This document shows positions 15,228-30,462 of a DNA stretch of 64,000 nucleotides, one piece after another (position 1 is the first letter of the stretch; each line of letters begins with the position of its first letter). The translations under genes and the position numbers were made by a program. This DNA is from Octopus vulgaris (Eukaryota). The stretch covers positions 50,282,001 through 50,346,000 of the forward strand of contig OX597828.1 of assembly GCA_951406725.2 (NCBI GenBank). The letters run 5' to 3'. The notes below the pieces were generated by a model that worked only from the letters and a program-made list of their open reading frames with translations, was not told the DNA's origin and searched no databases.

Positions 15228-15290
<63 letters not shown>

Positions 15291-15826
15291 GAGTGAGAGA
15301 GCAGTGCATGCCATCAAAGTGACACTGGGGCAAAATATACAAAGCCCAGTATACCCATACTGATAAGGGTACACTAGGCACATGCATCACAACTATATGT
15401 GCGCGACATGGTGATCTCATATCAAGATAAACAGCACATGATATTGCAGGTGGGGGCCCAGTTAGAAGTTTCTTCTGGTCGAGTAACTCATCCCGCTCAA
15501 AAGGTCCCGGAATAAGGGTTGTTTAAGGATGTTGAACGAAACACCCATGTTTCCAGCGGTGAATTATTCAAACCCCAAAGAATCTCTCTCAACACATGGC
15601 TATGATGCTCCCCCACTACTTCTGCCCGTGATCAGAGATGCGCGTATTGTCAGCCACTAAGGGACATGCTCAACAGGTTAAGGTCAAACAACTGACAAGC
15701 AAATCTGTGGTATTGAGTAGAATATTTGCTGTAGCTCATATTTTATACCTAAACAAAACAAAGTATATGATAACACTTCCAATCAGTTAAGATTAGAAGC
15801 CACGAGAGCCACTGCACGGTTCTGCA
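15291..15826 (-). mobile_element. ~0.54-kb (TAA)n-embedded element, copy 2 (longer)
   Basis: Inverted copy of 12751-13223 with ~75 bp extra 5' sequence; (TTA)n tracts on both sides. Confidence 0.85.
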
Positions 15827-15832
15827 TTATTA

Positions 15833-16051
<219 letters not shown>

Positions 16052-16394
16052 CAGCATTATTATCATCAGGTATTATGGATGTTTTACGATATTTCACTTC
16101 ACGTAGATCAGTAATAAAACCACAGACGACTGTGATACACCACGAAGGCTATTTTCTGCATTGGTCTTGTATTTCTGTCAAGTAAAATATCTACCATGAT
16201 TTATTAGACAGCCAGAGTGGCCCGTTAGACAAATTGGTGTCTGGGAATCGGTCCATGGGAGAGATGAACGGTGGGGGGGGGGGGGGGGGTCATTACGAAG
16301 TTTAGGTCAATGATCTGACGGTGATAACTTTTGGACTCAGGTTGGGAGACTTGGTGAGTGTGTTAAGGGTGGCCAACATAATTATATTTTCTTG

Positions 16395-16642
16395 TTGATG
16401 AATGATGATGATGATGATAATGATGATTATGATGGTGATAATGATGGTTGTGGTGGCGGCGGCGGCGGCGGTGGTGGTGGTGATGATGTTGCTGCTATTG
16501 CTATCGGTGATGATGAAGGTGATGATAATGATGATGATGTTGTTGATGTTGATGATAATGATGATGATGATGGTGATAATAATGATGATGATGTTGATGA
16601 AAATGATGATAGTAATAAAGAAGAAAAAGACGATGAAGATGG

Positions 16643-16694
<52 letters not shown>

Positions 16695-16814
16695 CTAGAT
16701 GCTGCTGATTATGATGAAGATGGTGATGATGATGTGATTTGGCAGACATAATAATGGTGGAAGTTGAAGTGGTAGTGATGATGATTATGATGATGATGAA
16801 ATTAGTGGCTGTGT

Positions 16815-16845
<31 letters not shown>

Positions 16846-16920
16846 GATGATGATGACGGTGATAATAACGATGGGGATGATGGTGGTGAAGATGATGGTA
16901 ATGATGACGACGATGATGTC
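16395..16920. repeat. Degenerate (GAT)n/(GGT)n trinucleotide repeat
   Basis: Direct inspection; poly-D/M/H pseudo-ORFs. Confidence 0.9.
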
Positions 16921-17759
16921 TTTATTTTTAAATGTCTCAGCAACTTTACTTAGTGGTCGATATGGGCGGAAGTACAACAAGGAATATCAAGAAATAAATC
17001 TGAAATGAAAAGTCTTTTAATAGAATTAGAAAAGAAAACCAAACCAAAAAAAAAAAAAAAAAAAAAAAAATCAAAAGCTAAAAGAGTCTTCAACAAATCA
17101 CGCAACAATAAAACAATGCCAAGTTCTTCCTCACATAAAATTGACCAAAATGTTTTCCAGTCAGAAAACCACACGAAAGCTCGTGTAATACAGAGCCGTT
17201 AATATTTGATTTTTCTTATTAGTCGCTCGAAGGGACATCTAACGAGGAACTTGGAATGGAGACAAGTTGCAACTCAGACCTTTCTGTAAATAAGTAAATA
17301 ACAAAATAAATAAATAAATACTGTAACGTCTACACATTGTTCTGTTCTTTAATTGTCTATACGCTTCGATATATCTACGCAAACCGCATACATAATTTCA
17401 TATACACTTTCAAATATACTTTCACACACAAATGTACTTGAAAATATATTCCCGAAAGTTCCAGCTTGTTAAAGGTGGATGGGGGTCAGCTCGTATTTTC
17501 ACACGTTTCAATCATTGGACTGCGGCTATTCTGGAGCACAATTTCTATCAGATTTTTGCTTTGGACGGTTCGTATCTTACGAGAAGCGTAAGAATATCCT
17601 TTATTCTTTCTTTATAACAAGCACTTAGACTCTAACACAGAGGGGACAGTACAAGGACAGACACAACACCACAGTGGGGAAAAAAACATAGAACGGATGA
17701 CATGAAAAGTATAACATGTATAAAGTTAATGATAATGAAATGGCTGCATTGAGCTCCAC

Positions 17760-18368
17760 TCTCAAGCTTTCGAAAAAGACCTTTTCGAGCTTATCAAAAA
17801 AGTAAAGTTCCGTAAATTCAGTAATTCATTTCAGAGAGATATGAAACAAAAAATTAGAAATATAAAGAACTCGAATAAGATTTTCGTAAACTCCGATAGC
17901 ACAGAGAAACTTATAAGCGGTTGAAAAAGACCTTTACAAACGACTTCTTTCGAAGTGCATTACTGACACTTACAAAAAAGATAACACGAAGAGGTGAATA
18001 TCGAAGCAAGAAGGATGGCTAACGACCTTAACGTTAGTGATAGGATAGAATACCTTCCCCTACGCTTACCATGTATTACTCTTAAGGACCATAAAGCTAA
18101 TTTCAGTAGATACCCCAAATGTAGACTAATCAACTCAGCTAAAACAGAAATATGTATTATTAATAAAAATATTTTAGATTCTATTTTAAGCAAGTTAAAT
18201 AGAAAATCAAATTTACAGAATTGGGGAAATAGTAAGTCAGTTATAGATTAGCTCAATGTAATTAACCGTAAATGTAACTGCAAATTTACACAGTTCGATA
18301 TTGTCGATTTTTACTCGTCAATAACCAAACTTTTACTTCTTAAAGTATCAGACTTTTCCAAGCAATAC
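17760..18368 (+). pseudogene. Penelope-like element (Naiad-type) reverse transcriptase, N-terminal part
   Basis: FEKDLFELIKKVKFRK...IFVNSDST...ITLKDHKANF...KCRLINSAKTE...NWGNSKSVID*...FTQFDIVDFYSSI; stops and frameshifts. Confidence 0.85.
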
Positions 18369-18852
<484 letters not shown>

Positions 18853-19268
18853 ACTCATTCCTTTGTTCGTCTGCATATGGATTAGTATCATTGTATTTTG
18901 TCATATATCTGTAAGATGCTCCATCCTTTTCTACTCCTCTGTATTTATATCTATTAATTTATCCAATAAAAGATTTCAAATTTTATTTGCCATTTTCTCT
19001 TTTGTCAAGTTTTCGTTTAATATTCTTTAAACATGTAAGCTAAATACGTAGTTTCGAAAAGCTATGAATGACAGGCTGAGAGTTTTTCATGTTAAAATAT
19101 CATTTTGACATTATATTTCGAAAATATTTTCTGAAATATAACTCAAATAAAACCAATACGTGCGGTAATGCTGCTACGTCTGGTGATAGAGATGAACGGA
19201 TGAATGTGTGTGTATACATATATAATCATACATACATACACACACACACACACATGTATGTGTGTATG

Positions 19269-19342
<74 letters not shown>

Positions 19343-19361
19343 TAGATAGAAAGATAGATAC

Positions 19362-19392
<31 letters not shown>

Positions 19393-19418
19393 CATAGATA
19401 GATATTATATAAAATCCG

Positions 19419-19458
<40 letters not shown>

Positions 19459-19869
19459 GTATATATGTATATCTATCTGTCTGTCTGTCTCTCTCTATAT
19501 ATGTGTGTGCATGTATGTATATGTATGTATTTATGTGTGTATGTGTTTAATGAAGAAATGAAAAAGAGACGTTTGAGGCTAAAGGTGGTATTTACAATGA
19601 AAATTTCATATTACTTTTCCAAAATAATTTCAGTGAAAATTTTCTTTCAACTAAAGTTCACAATATACACCTTTCACGAGCTGTGCTGTAGAGGAAGAAA
19701 CTAGAATTTTTCCTCATAAAGGGTTCCATATTTGATTTAGGCTTGGAACCGTTTCGTTTCCGTCATACTGCCAATGAGAAGTATTTAAATGTCATGGCAT
19801 CTCTTGTGCTTAATGAAACGGAAATATTATTCATAGCTTACATGTACTTGTAAAAATATCTACTTCCGT

Positions 19870-20450
19870 CCATATATTCCAAATATGCACAGAGCTGGAG
19901 AAATTAACTCCTAAAATGTTCGTAGACAGAAATGAATTGAAGAGAATTAATGTTACTGTGAGGGGTTACAGAGGCAAAATTCTAGACATTTACCTGTAGA
20001 GGTTATAAATACATTGATACGTACATACATACACGTGGATAGACAACAAAATGTACACTTTGTAAGACTGAGAGTAAAGACATTGACCACATTATTACCA
20101 ACTGTGCGAAAATTTCTTTCAGGTATTATCTTTGCATGAGGCATAATGCGGTGGCCCAAACCGTCTGGAACAGGTAGCATAAAAAAATCTACAAATCGAC
20201 TATACTGCGACAGATGAAACCGTTTATGGCGAATTAATGCGAAACTTACAGCTGTTGTATCCTAACTATAATTTCGCATTTTGTATCTACCATCAAAGGT
20301 GCATTAGGCTGTGTACCTATAAATCTACAAAACCCTTGCAATACCAGGTTTTTCGACGAAAGAGCAAAAGAAGCTGGCGTAGATTTTCCAAATCCAATCT
20401 ATTAGCGGTACAGTGAAGACTTGTAAGACATTCCAAAGATTCTCCGTCGG
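19870..20450 (+). pseudogene. RLE-type LINE (R4/Dong-like) C-terminal relic
   Basis: KCTLCKTESKDIDHIITNC...RHNAVAQTVW (CCHC plus RHN motif, 20049-20170), YGELMRNLQLLYP, GALGCVP, terminal GTVKTCKTF. Confidence 0.8.
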
Positions 20451-20643
20451 GGACTATTTAGATGAATAGATACACACAATTGGGTGTGCGCTTTGACAGT
20501 GCAATCATCACACCTCGTCTACTACATATTTACAAATACTGGGAAACCCATTAGCTCAAAAAGCCTTGTCACATTGTTAGCGACTGGCTTGAACTCTCTC
20601 AAGAAGAACTTAAATATAACTCAAAGAAAAATCATCCATCCAT

Positions 20644-20675
<32 letters not shown>

Positions 20676-21099
20676 ACATGCATGCATGCATACATACATA
20701 CATGCATACATAATACATGTATACGTACATCCATTCATACAAACGTACAAACATATATTAGTATATACAATGTGCCATGTAATATGCACTCTGTAGAAAA
20801 TTTCCAGTTCTGCCTCCACATGGGTATATTTACTTCTTGAAACTAAGACATAGATCTATTATTGATAGTAGCCGGCAGTTTCAGTTAGTAACTGAAAATT
20901 GACAAAATGCTCGTTTTAGAACACGTTAATATTCGGTTGTTTATATATGTCCACACTGGAATCATTAATTCACAGAAGAATGATTAAATGAGCCATATAT
21001 TGTCCAACTGAAACAGTAAGTAGTGGGACAGGACACGTAAATGAGTTCCTCGTGACAATCACGACTTTCTCTTCTAATGAATGAATTAATTCACACGCC

Positions 21100-21434
21100 A
21101 CAGCCAATGAGAAAGAAAGATAGCGATAAAATCCATACGTTTCTGAATGATATTGCGTTGGTATTTAAAGACAGCTTAATTTGACGTGACAAATGGACAC
21201 TCGAGTTATTCGCAGACTTTGTAGTTAGTGCCATTTATACATTATTGAAATAAATATAACAACTTACTCGATATCATGCGACTGAAGATAAAAATAACTG
21301 TTCTATTGCAATTATTAATGTAATTTTGAACGTTAGTAGAATAAGCGAATGTAATATAATTTATAAAAGCTTCAAATTACAGGCTCCGTTTGCCGGAAAG
21401 ATGGCGGTTGGGGGACAGCTTTCGAATGGTATGT
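21100..21434 (+). promoter_or_regulatory. Candidate Pol II promoter / short exon
   Basis: CCAAT 21104, TGACGTGA 21182, ETS-like CCGGAA overlapping YY1-type AAGATGGCGG (21393-21407), donor G|GTATGT after 21428, in non-repetitive DNA. Confidence 0.3.
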
Positions 21435-22879
21435 AACTGCAGTCGAATATAACCGACAAAGAGTTTATCAAACAAATTAAATACGCATTTACTTGACAGA
21501 TTTTAAAGCTTGCAGTTTGTTGCAGAATAGAAATAAAGGTTGCTTTACATAGCTCTGGTTATAATTCTTTTTGCAAGCGACAAATTTCCTTTCAAGTCAA
21601 CAGCTGCTCGCATTACCGCTTAATATATACTACTTAGAACAAATAACAGCATCCTTAATGCTTGCTAATTAAAACCGATTTAACTATGATTCGTGTCAAT
21701 AATTTTACTTTTCCATATTCTACAGCCGTTGGGAGCTTCTGTAATATTTACTACTACATGTAACTATCCAGATATACATAATATTTCATATACGCAGCTA
21801 CTGCCATAATTAATCAGATAAAAGCTTATTCTTATTTTTAAATATTAGTTAAGTATATAATTTCAAATTTAGAGATTCTTCTATAATTGAAAATAGTTAA
21901 TATTCACGCAGTGAATAAACGCTTTTAAGAATATTATATGTTAGCAGCTCACGTTATACGATATATATTACACACCATGTCAGCTGTAAATCCAGTTATC
22001 ATGAAGTAAATTTAATTTTAAAAACAAGGCTTGTTGATAGTTAAATTCATAATTTTATAATCATTTCATATAAATATAATAACCACCATATTTTTTAAAA
22101 TAACACCTGGCATACATATACTACAACTAAGAATTTGACAAGTTTGTCTTGAACAATCTTCATTCTTTACAGACTTCACACGGGAAACTTGCAATCGTTG
22201 CAAGCAAAAATATTAGTCTCTCTTTTATCGCCAACCTCGGCCCCAGTGACTGTTTCTGGAGTTGATGCTCATGTTGACGGTCTACGCCCTAAATTATTAT
22301 CAAATTGTTAGATTCGGTAAATGCAACTGACACAAGATTTAGTTAAAATCGCCATCTGTGCATCATGCTAACTGTAAACACACCGTTAGAAGGTATAATT
22401 CTGTGGAATTGTCTGACATATTAATTTAATACTGTTTCAATTCCGTTCGCCAAACTCTTTCTATAAATCTGCAAACTTCTGCAATACCAGTCAATGGTCT
22501 ATTCACTGTTCCTTTATTATCGAAGTGAGAATTTTGCTTAAGCAGATGTTAATAAGGTACTCAGTATCGACAAGTCTCAACAAATGTGAAACGCGTCTGT
22601 CCTTCTCGTGGGTCACTGCAGGGTTGACGTTCGCCTCACTCCGCTCAATGTTGTGTCTTCAGCGCTGCAAATCTACCATTTAACGGTGCGTATATATATT
22701 TAGTAACAGACACAGATAGAGATTATTATAAGGTTATAATGGTATTGCAGTTGAAGTATCTGTTAAAATCGGACTTTGCTGCCAAAACGATCAAAGTGCG
22801 GCAATGTCTTTTTTTGTTCATTGAAAAACAATGCTTACGTATATTACCATATCTTGGGTCTGTCATGATCCTTAGGACT

Positions 22880-23130
22880 TAGAAAGCAGAACCTTAACCC
22901 GGATTCCACGGGTGACTGAGATTACAATACCACTCCCAACTGAACAGGACGCTGGTCTCTCGCAGGGCAGACTTCCCAGCTATTGTTAGAATTAGAGCTC
23001 ATTTACAGCTGGATGGACTAGAGTAACGCGAGAACAAGTGTTTTGCTCAAAGACACAATGAGCCATCCGATCCGAAAACCGAAGTCAGCATTATGAGTGC
23101 GGTACCCTAACTATTAGGCCAGACGCACTC
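22880..23130 (-). mobile_element. Old degenerate tRNA-SINE with V-domain-like core
   Basis: Head resembles family C (TGTGTCTTTGAGCAAAACACTT); CCCTGCGAGAGACCAGCGTCCTGTTCAG resembles the V-SINE core. Confidence 0.5.
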
Positions 23131-23276
23131 ACTATAACCTTATAGTTAGTGGTAAAAGAAGGGTCACTCGAGGTTGACCGAAGTAATATGGTTCTGACAG
23201 TTCACCTAAAGGTATTGTGATTAAGGACATAACTGCAAAACTACTCACTCCCCTAAACTGAATATAGGTGAGCATA

Positions 23277-23799
<523 letters not shown>

Positions 23800-24320
23800 G
23801 AGCATAGGTAAATGGGTAGGCGCAACGACAATTTTAAACAGTTGGAGCCGTTTGAAATGACACAGGGGTATGATTTAGAGATGAACTGACAACAATACAC
23901 TAGATACATAGCTAGACGAGGCAAGCGTCAATAATACTCTTTCGACATCATGAATTAAAGAATTCACTAATTTATCAATGCACCAATAATAATGCTCACC
24001 AGATGCTGGTTGCTAGTGACGTGAAATGGTTCTGGTGTGGAAACCTGCTTATACAAATGTTTCATTATTCTTTACGGCTTTCCATAATGAATAAAGCAAA
24101 TTCTTTTCAGAAACCTCACATTGTTATGAAGCCGGTTAAGATGGCTGCCGCATATAATTTCTTTTCATTAGATTTCTATGTGAACGAAATCGTAACAAAG
24201 TTATTGAAATAACAAAGAAAACCAAACATTCACACAATTTGCGACGTAAAACTCAGACTATTACGCACACGCAACCACATATGTCCAAACACGAGTAAAC
24301 GCATGTAAACACAAACATGC

Positions 24321-24486
<166 letters not shown>

Positions 24487-24716
24487 AATATATGTATATA
24501 TATATATCATATATATATATATATATATACACACACATACATGTATACATGTATACATAAACGGATGTTTACCTACACAAATGTGTACACATATAAACCT
24601 CACAAACATTCCAAGTTAAATATAAACAGAACTATGTGGATACTTTCAAATACACACGCGTACACGATCACACATACATATACATACATACATACATACA
24701 TACATACATACATACA

Positions 24717-24752
<36 letters not shown>

Positions 24753-25334
24753 CATATGTATATGAATATATTTATATATATACATATATATTCGTACGTA
24801 AATATATATATATATATATAATTACACACACAAATACACACACACACACACACACACACGCCACACAGAGCTGATGATGAGTACTGATGAACAAGATACA
24901 AGATGGTTACTTTCATGATTACTACGAACAATAACAGCTTTATAATTCAGTTAAGCCTCTGCAATTTAGAATATATCAAAGGCCATACATTAAAACTAAA
25001 ATCGATACCTAATTTAGTCGTTTAATGCAACTAATTTGCTATAATTTGAATGAGTCTCGATAATACAATGTAACACTTAATTTCGCGAGCAGCGAATGCT
25101 CTCAGAAATGATTTTCCGTAAGGCAATGTATGACAATAAGAAAATTATGTAACGAAGAATGGAAGGAATATTCCATAAGAATGTGTGAATCGTAGGACAG
25201 GAGAATGTTTTGACTGGAGTATGTAATGTTATAATTGCCGTCGCCCCTTTCTAGTTAATCTTAATACAAATAACAGTAAACTGTTATTCATAGACTTATT
25301 TTTTATACACACATATATATATACACATATAAAG

Positions 25335-25535
25335 TTAATCCAAACAAGAAAACAAAAAGACAACAACGCAAGGACGTGGAACAAAAAAAAGTATTATTGG
25401 ACGCTCAGGAAAGAAGGGAAGAAGGAGGGTTTGACGTTTCGAGCGGAGAACTTCGTCGGAAACATAGGAGAAGGAAAGATCCTGAGAAGGGAAGACAGAG
25501 AGAAAAAAAGTCGCTAGTGATACAGGCGAGGTCAC
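25335..25535 (-). mobile_element. PLE 3' tail with degenerate hammerhead motif (25429-25463)
   Basis: Minus strand GTTT-CCGACGA-A-GTTCTCCGCTC-GAAA-CG-TC-AAAC; layout similar to the tail at 46.2 kb. Confidence 0.6.
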
Positions 25536-25575
25536 ATACTACGTTCACAAACACACACACACACACACACAGACA

Positions 25576-25660
<85 letters not shown>

Positions 25661-25662
25661 CC

Positions 25663-26226
25663 GTGGCTGTGTGGTAAGACGTTTGCTTCCAAACCACATG
25701 ATACAAGGTTCAGTCTCAATGCGTGGCACCCTGGGAAAATGTTTTGTACTATCACCTCAGGCTGACCAAATCGTTGTGAGTGAATTTGGTTGACAGAAAC
25801 TGAAAGAAACCCACCGTATATATTTTATCCTTAATCTATTATCGTTTACTTGATTCAGGCATTAGACTACGGCCATGCCTCCGGTATCACCTTGAAGAAT
25901 TTTAGCCGAACGAATCGGCCTCAGTACTTATTTGTTGAAACCTGGTACTTCATATATCGGGGACGTGTGCACACCAACACCCGATGTCAAGCAGTGGTGG
26001 GGACTAATACAGGCACAGATGCATAGACACACCTAAACACACACGCGCACACATATACACACTCAGGCACGTTCACTCACGCACACACACATACACGACA
26101 GGCTTCTTTCAGTTTCCATCTACCAAATCCACTCGCAAGATTTCAGTTGGTCTGAGGCTACAGTGGATAGGGTGTCACAGAGTGGGGTTGAACCTGGAAC
26201 CATGTGGTTGGGAAGCAAACTTCTTA
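25663..26226. mobile_element. Two degraded SINE family A copies in convergent orientation (25663-25820 +, 25845-26226 -)
   Basis: Recognisable A/B boxes and body, more diverged than other copies. Confidence 0.75.
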
Positions 26227-26499
26227 GAACACACACGCACACGCGCGCACACACGCGTGCATACTTATTAATTAATTAAGATGTAAATGACTTTGTAAAA
26301 GAAAATACCCTGGGGAATAAGCTAGATATTTATCGGAGTGGTGATAACAGCGACATGATGCTGTCTGAAATACTTATTCTTGTCTTACTACATTTAGTAT
26401 TTTAACACTCATTAATATTTTATGCAGCAACCTTTATTGGGTATTTTGTCCCAGGTGTTCTCTTAAAGGAGCTTCAAAAGAAAAAAAAAAAAAAAACGT

Positions 26500-27738
26500 G
26501 GTACAAGACTTCTGATGATTTATTTTTCAACATAGTCCCTTTCGATGGCTGAACACTTTCTCCAGCGGTGTTGAAGCGCCATCATCCCGGCGTAGAGGAA
26601 CTCTTTTGTTTGAGACTCCAAGAAACTTCCTATAGTGTTTATGATGTCATTGTCAGTGGCAAAATGGCGACCAGCCATAACTGTTTTCATTTTTGGGAAT
26701 AGATGAAGGTCAGAGGGGGCTAAGTCTGGCGAATAAGGCGGAGATGGGGAACAAGTTCGTGTCCACAATCACGAATTGTTGCCATGATAGCAACTGAGGT
26801 GTGGGCTGAAGCATTGTCGTGATGAAAAAGGACTCCTCTGGTGAGCATTTCCAGCCTTTTTACTTTGATTGCTTCTCGGAGACGTTTCAGTAGCTGAGAA
26901 TAGTATAGCCCTGTCGCAGTGTGACCCTTTTCAAGGTAATCGATCAGCAAGACACCTTGAAAATCCCCCAAAACAGACATCATGGCCTTGCCAGCTGAAG
27001 GAATGACACTGGCCTTCTTTGGGGTAGGAGAAGATGTGTGCTTCCACTGCTTTGATTGTTCTTTGGTTTCAGGTTGGTAGCGATGAACCCAACTTTCAGC
27101 CATAGTAATGAAACGAGCAAGAAAATTCTCTTCATCGGCTTCAAACAGTTCTAAATAGCTCGTGGACACTGTGCACCTGGTGCGTTTCTGTTCAGGAGTC
27201 AAAAGGTGAGGGACCCACCTTGTGGAAGCTTTTGAGAACCCAAGTTCTTTGTCACAATGTTATCTGCTCTTTCAATTGAGATACCCAGTCTCTCGGCTAT
27301 CTGACGTCATGCTATTCGGCGATCTTGCATTATCATGCCAAGAGCAAGGTTAAGGTTGTCCTTGGTAGTTGCGTTGGAGGTCTCCCTGGTCTGGGATCCT
27401 CTTACACACTCTTTCTGCCACGCTTAAATTCATTTACCCAGCTTTTGATTGTTGCATATGAATGAGCATTGTCTGTTAATGTTCTCACCATATCTTCATG
27501 GATTTCTGATGGTGTTATGCCTTTCAAATGAAGGTACTTTATGACAGCACGATACTCAGTTTTTTCCATTTTCTTTGTAACCTCGACACTTGTTTATTAA
27601 AAAAAAAAAATTAAAATATCAGAATCATGAAAATGAGCAAGAATACTCCGAAAAGACTGTACTTACTAGAAAAAAATGTTTCAGCTATCTAACAGCCCTG
27701 TTTCTAAGTTAGGCTCAAAACTTTTCATACTCTCCTCG
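26500..27738 (-). mobile_element. Mariner (Tc1/mariner, DD34D) transposon, defective, one TIR retained
   Basis: TIR TA|CGAGGAGAGTATGAAAAGTTTTGAGC at the 27738 end; transposase 27569-26520: MEKTEYRAVIKYLHLKG, WVPHLL, ITMAESWV (catalytic D to A), HHDNA, YSPDLAPSDLHLF, YVEK*; frameshifts. Confidence 0.93.
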
Positions 27739-28782
27739 TATCTACATCTTGTATCTACCCACACAAATCTCATATGCTTCTTTAGCCATCTCAGTGATTT
27801 GACTACATTTAGCTAATTAGGTCTTATACGACTGAAACACGCACAGTATTGTCACCTCTATGCTGAAAGTCAGACTCACTGAATTCTATTTTTAATTAAT
27901 TTAAAATCTGGAGCTTGTCTCTTCTATCTTTCCTGGTATAGTTACGTCATTAGCACAATAATTGTTTCTCATCACAAAGGGATGTAATTAATTAATATTC
28001 CTTGGATAATTACATTACGATACTGCCAAATCTGTCTTTATTTTGTCGATTGTGATATCAAGAAATATTCTCTCATAAATTCTATAAATTTCCTAAGCAG
28101 GGATCACCTTCCGACCCTTGCACTCAACCGTTTTGTAATCAGCATACATATTACATTCGATCTGCAATTTTATACCGACTTATAAACCTCGCTTTTTAAT
28201 ACAACCAATTTTCCCTCACTCTAAACATCATATTTCATTCTTTCTTTTTCGCTTTGTATCTCTCTACAACATCTATTTAAATAACCTTACCTTTTCCTTT
28301 TCTTACTCCTCCCCTTCCTCTCTTATACCTTCTCGACTACCTTTTCATACTCCCATTCCCTTCGCTCATATTCTTCTCTTACCTCTCCTGTTTCCTTGTG
28401 TTATTTCTCTCTCTCGCTCTTCTCCTTCCGGTAGTCTTGTAGATTACTAATAACTTGACCAAAGGTGGAACTATGACGTGTAAGGCACACTTTTATGGTC
28501 AATTTATTTTACGTCTGCTAAAAACTTCTGAATCTGGAGACAATCATGTCATTTATGACTTGCAGAGATATATTAATTCTATATTTATCGATCGAACGAT
28601 CGATCTATCCATTCATCCTCTCAACCAATCTCAACATACGAAAAGTCTGCAAGAATTTATAACTTTAGCGATGAGTGTTTGCGCAAAGAAATAACGAAGA
28701 GAACACGAACAAAACCCCCTTTCACTCATTTCTACAGTGTAGATGGTAAATGAAAATAACCGCCAAAACTCCAGTAAGGAAT

Positions 28783-28892
<110 letters not shown>

Positions 28893-29157
28893 GATCACAC
28901 GTACGAACACATTGACATACACACGCATATATATATTAAGAAAAATTTCAATCCAATATAATCTACTTTCTTTGGTCTGACGAAGTTCTAAATATATTTC
29001 CAAGAAAATACAAATTTGGAACTGTCAGTTGTCGCTTTTGTTAAAAAGAAATTAATAAATATTTTTTGAATCGTTAATAATTCATCACTACATACCAGTA
29101 TATAACTGTGTTGTTTATTTTTGCCTTTTCAACTTATGATCACGCGCTCAAACACAC

Positions 29158-29227
<70 letters not shown>

Positions 29228-29358
29228 ATATACACACACATGCACACATAGGCGCGCACACAGATATATATGCACATATGTTTATTGATATATATATACA
29301 TATATGTTTATCGATAAATATATATATTTATACTTATATATAGAGACCTATATGTATG

Positions 29359-29394
<36 letters not shown>

Positions 29395-29425
29395 TATATA
29401 TACACACATACACACACATATATAT

Positions 29426-29471
<46 letters not shown>

Positions 29472-29715
29472 ATATGCATATGCGTGTGTGAGTGTGTACA
29501 GTTAGATACGTAAATAAAATTCAAATGACATAATACGTATCTGCGGATACTAAAATTAATATCTGTATAAGACCAGACATTCGTTTTTCTAAGTTTCATG
29601 TCTTGCACACACAATTCTCAGTAAAGAAATAGAGGTTTCATAATAAAGCATATCTAATTTACAGTAGGACAGTATAATGTATTTTCTTTGAACGAAACGA
29701 AACACTACAGAATAC

Positions 29716-30462
29716 AGGGGGCTAAACATAGTAGAGACAAACAAGGACAGACAAACGGATTAAGTCGATTACATCGACCCCAGTGCGTAACTGGTACTTA
29801 TTTAATCGACCCCGGAAGGATGAAAGGCAAAATCGACCTCGGCGGAATTGGAACTCCGAACGTAGCGGCAGACGAAATACCTATTTCTTTACTACCCACA
29901 AAGGGGCTAAACACAAAGGGGACAAGCAAGGACAAACAAAGGGATTAAGTCGATTACATCGACCTCAGTGCGTAACTGGTACTTATTATTTAATCGACCC
30001 CGAAGGGATGAAAGGCAAAGTCGACCTCGGCGGAATTTGAACTCAGAACGTAGCGGCAGACGAAATACCTATTTCTTTACTACCCACAAAGGGCTAAACA
30101 CAGAGGGGACAAACAAGGACAGACAAACGGATTAAGTCGATTATATCGACCCCAGTGCGTAACTGGTACATATTTAATCGACCCCGAAAGGGTGAAAGGC
30201 AAAGTCGACCTGGCGGAATTTGAACTCAGAACATAGTGGCAGACGAAATTCCTATTTCTTTACTACCCACAAGAGGACAAACATGGACAGACAAACAGAT
30301 TAAGTCGATTATATCGCCCCAGTGCGTAACTGGTACTTAATTTATCGACCTCGAAAGGTTGAAAGTCGAACTCGGCGGAATTTGAACTCAGACCGTAGCG
30401 GCAGACAAAATACCGCTAAGCATTTCGCCCGGCGTGCTAACGTTTCTGCCAGCTCGCCGCCC
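29716..30462 (-). mobile_element. SINE family B: one head plus tandem body repeats (about 4 units of 162-188 bp)
   Basis: Head GGCGGCGAGCTGGCAGAAACGTTAGCACGCC at 30461; anchor GAC(G/A)AAAT recurs at 29871, 30059, 30242 and 30404; B-box GAGTTCAAATTC. Confidence 0.88.

Noticed and set aside
15750-15826. HDV-like ribozyme at the 5' end of the TAA-embedded element
   Set aside because: Could not build consistent P1/P3 pairings by eye
16273-16289. G17 run as a regulatory G-quadruplex
   Set aside because: Isolated homopolymer with no supporting context
16392-17008. Asp-rich or His-rich 'biomineralisation-like' ORFs
   Set aside because: Degenerate (GAT)n repeat with no signal peptide, splice context or unique domain
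29716-30462. CRISPR-like repeat array
   Set aside because: Units are whole ~185-bp SINE bodies without unique spacers; eukaryotic context; no cas genes
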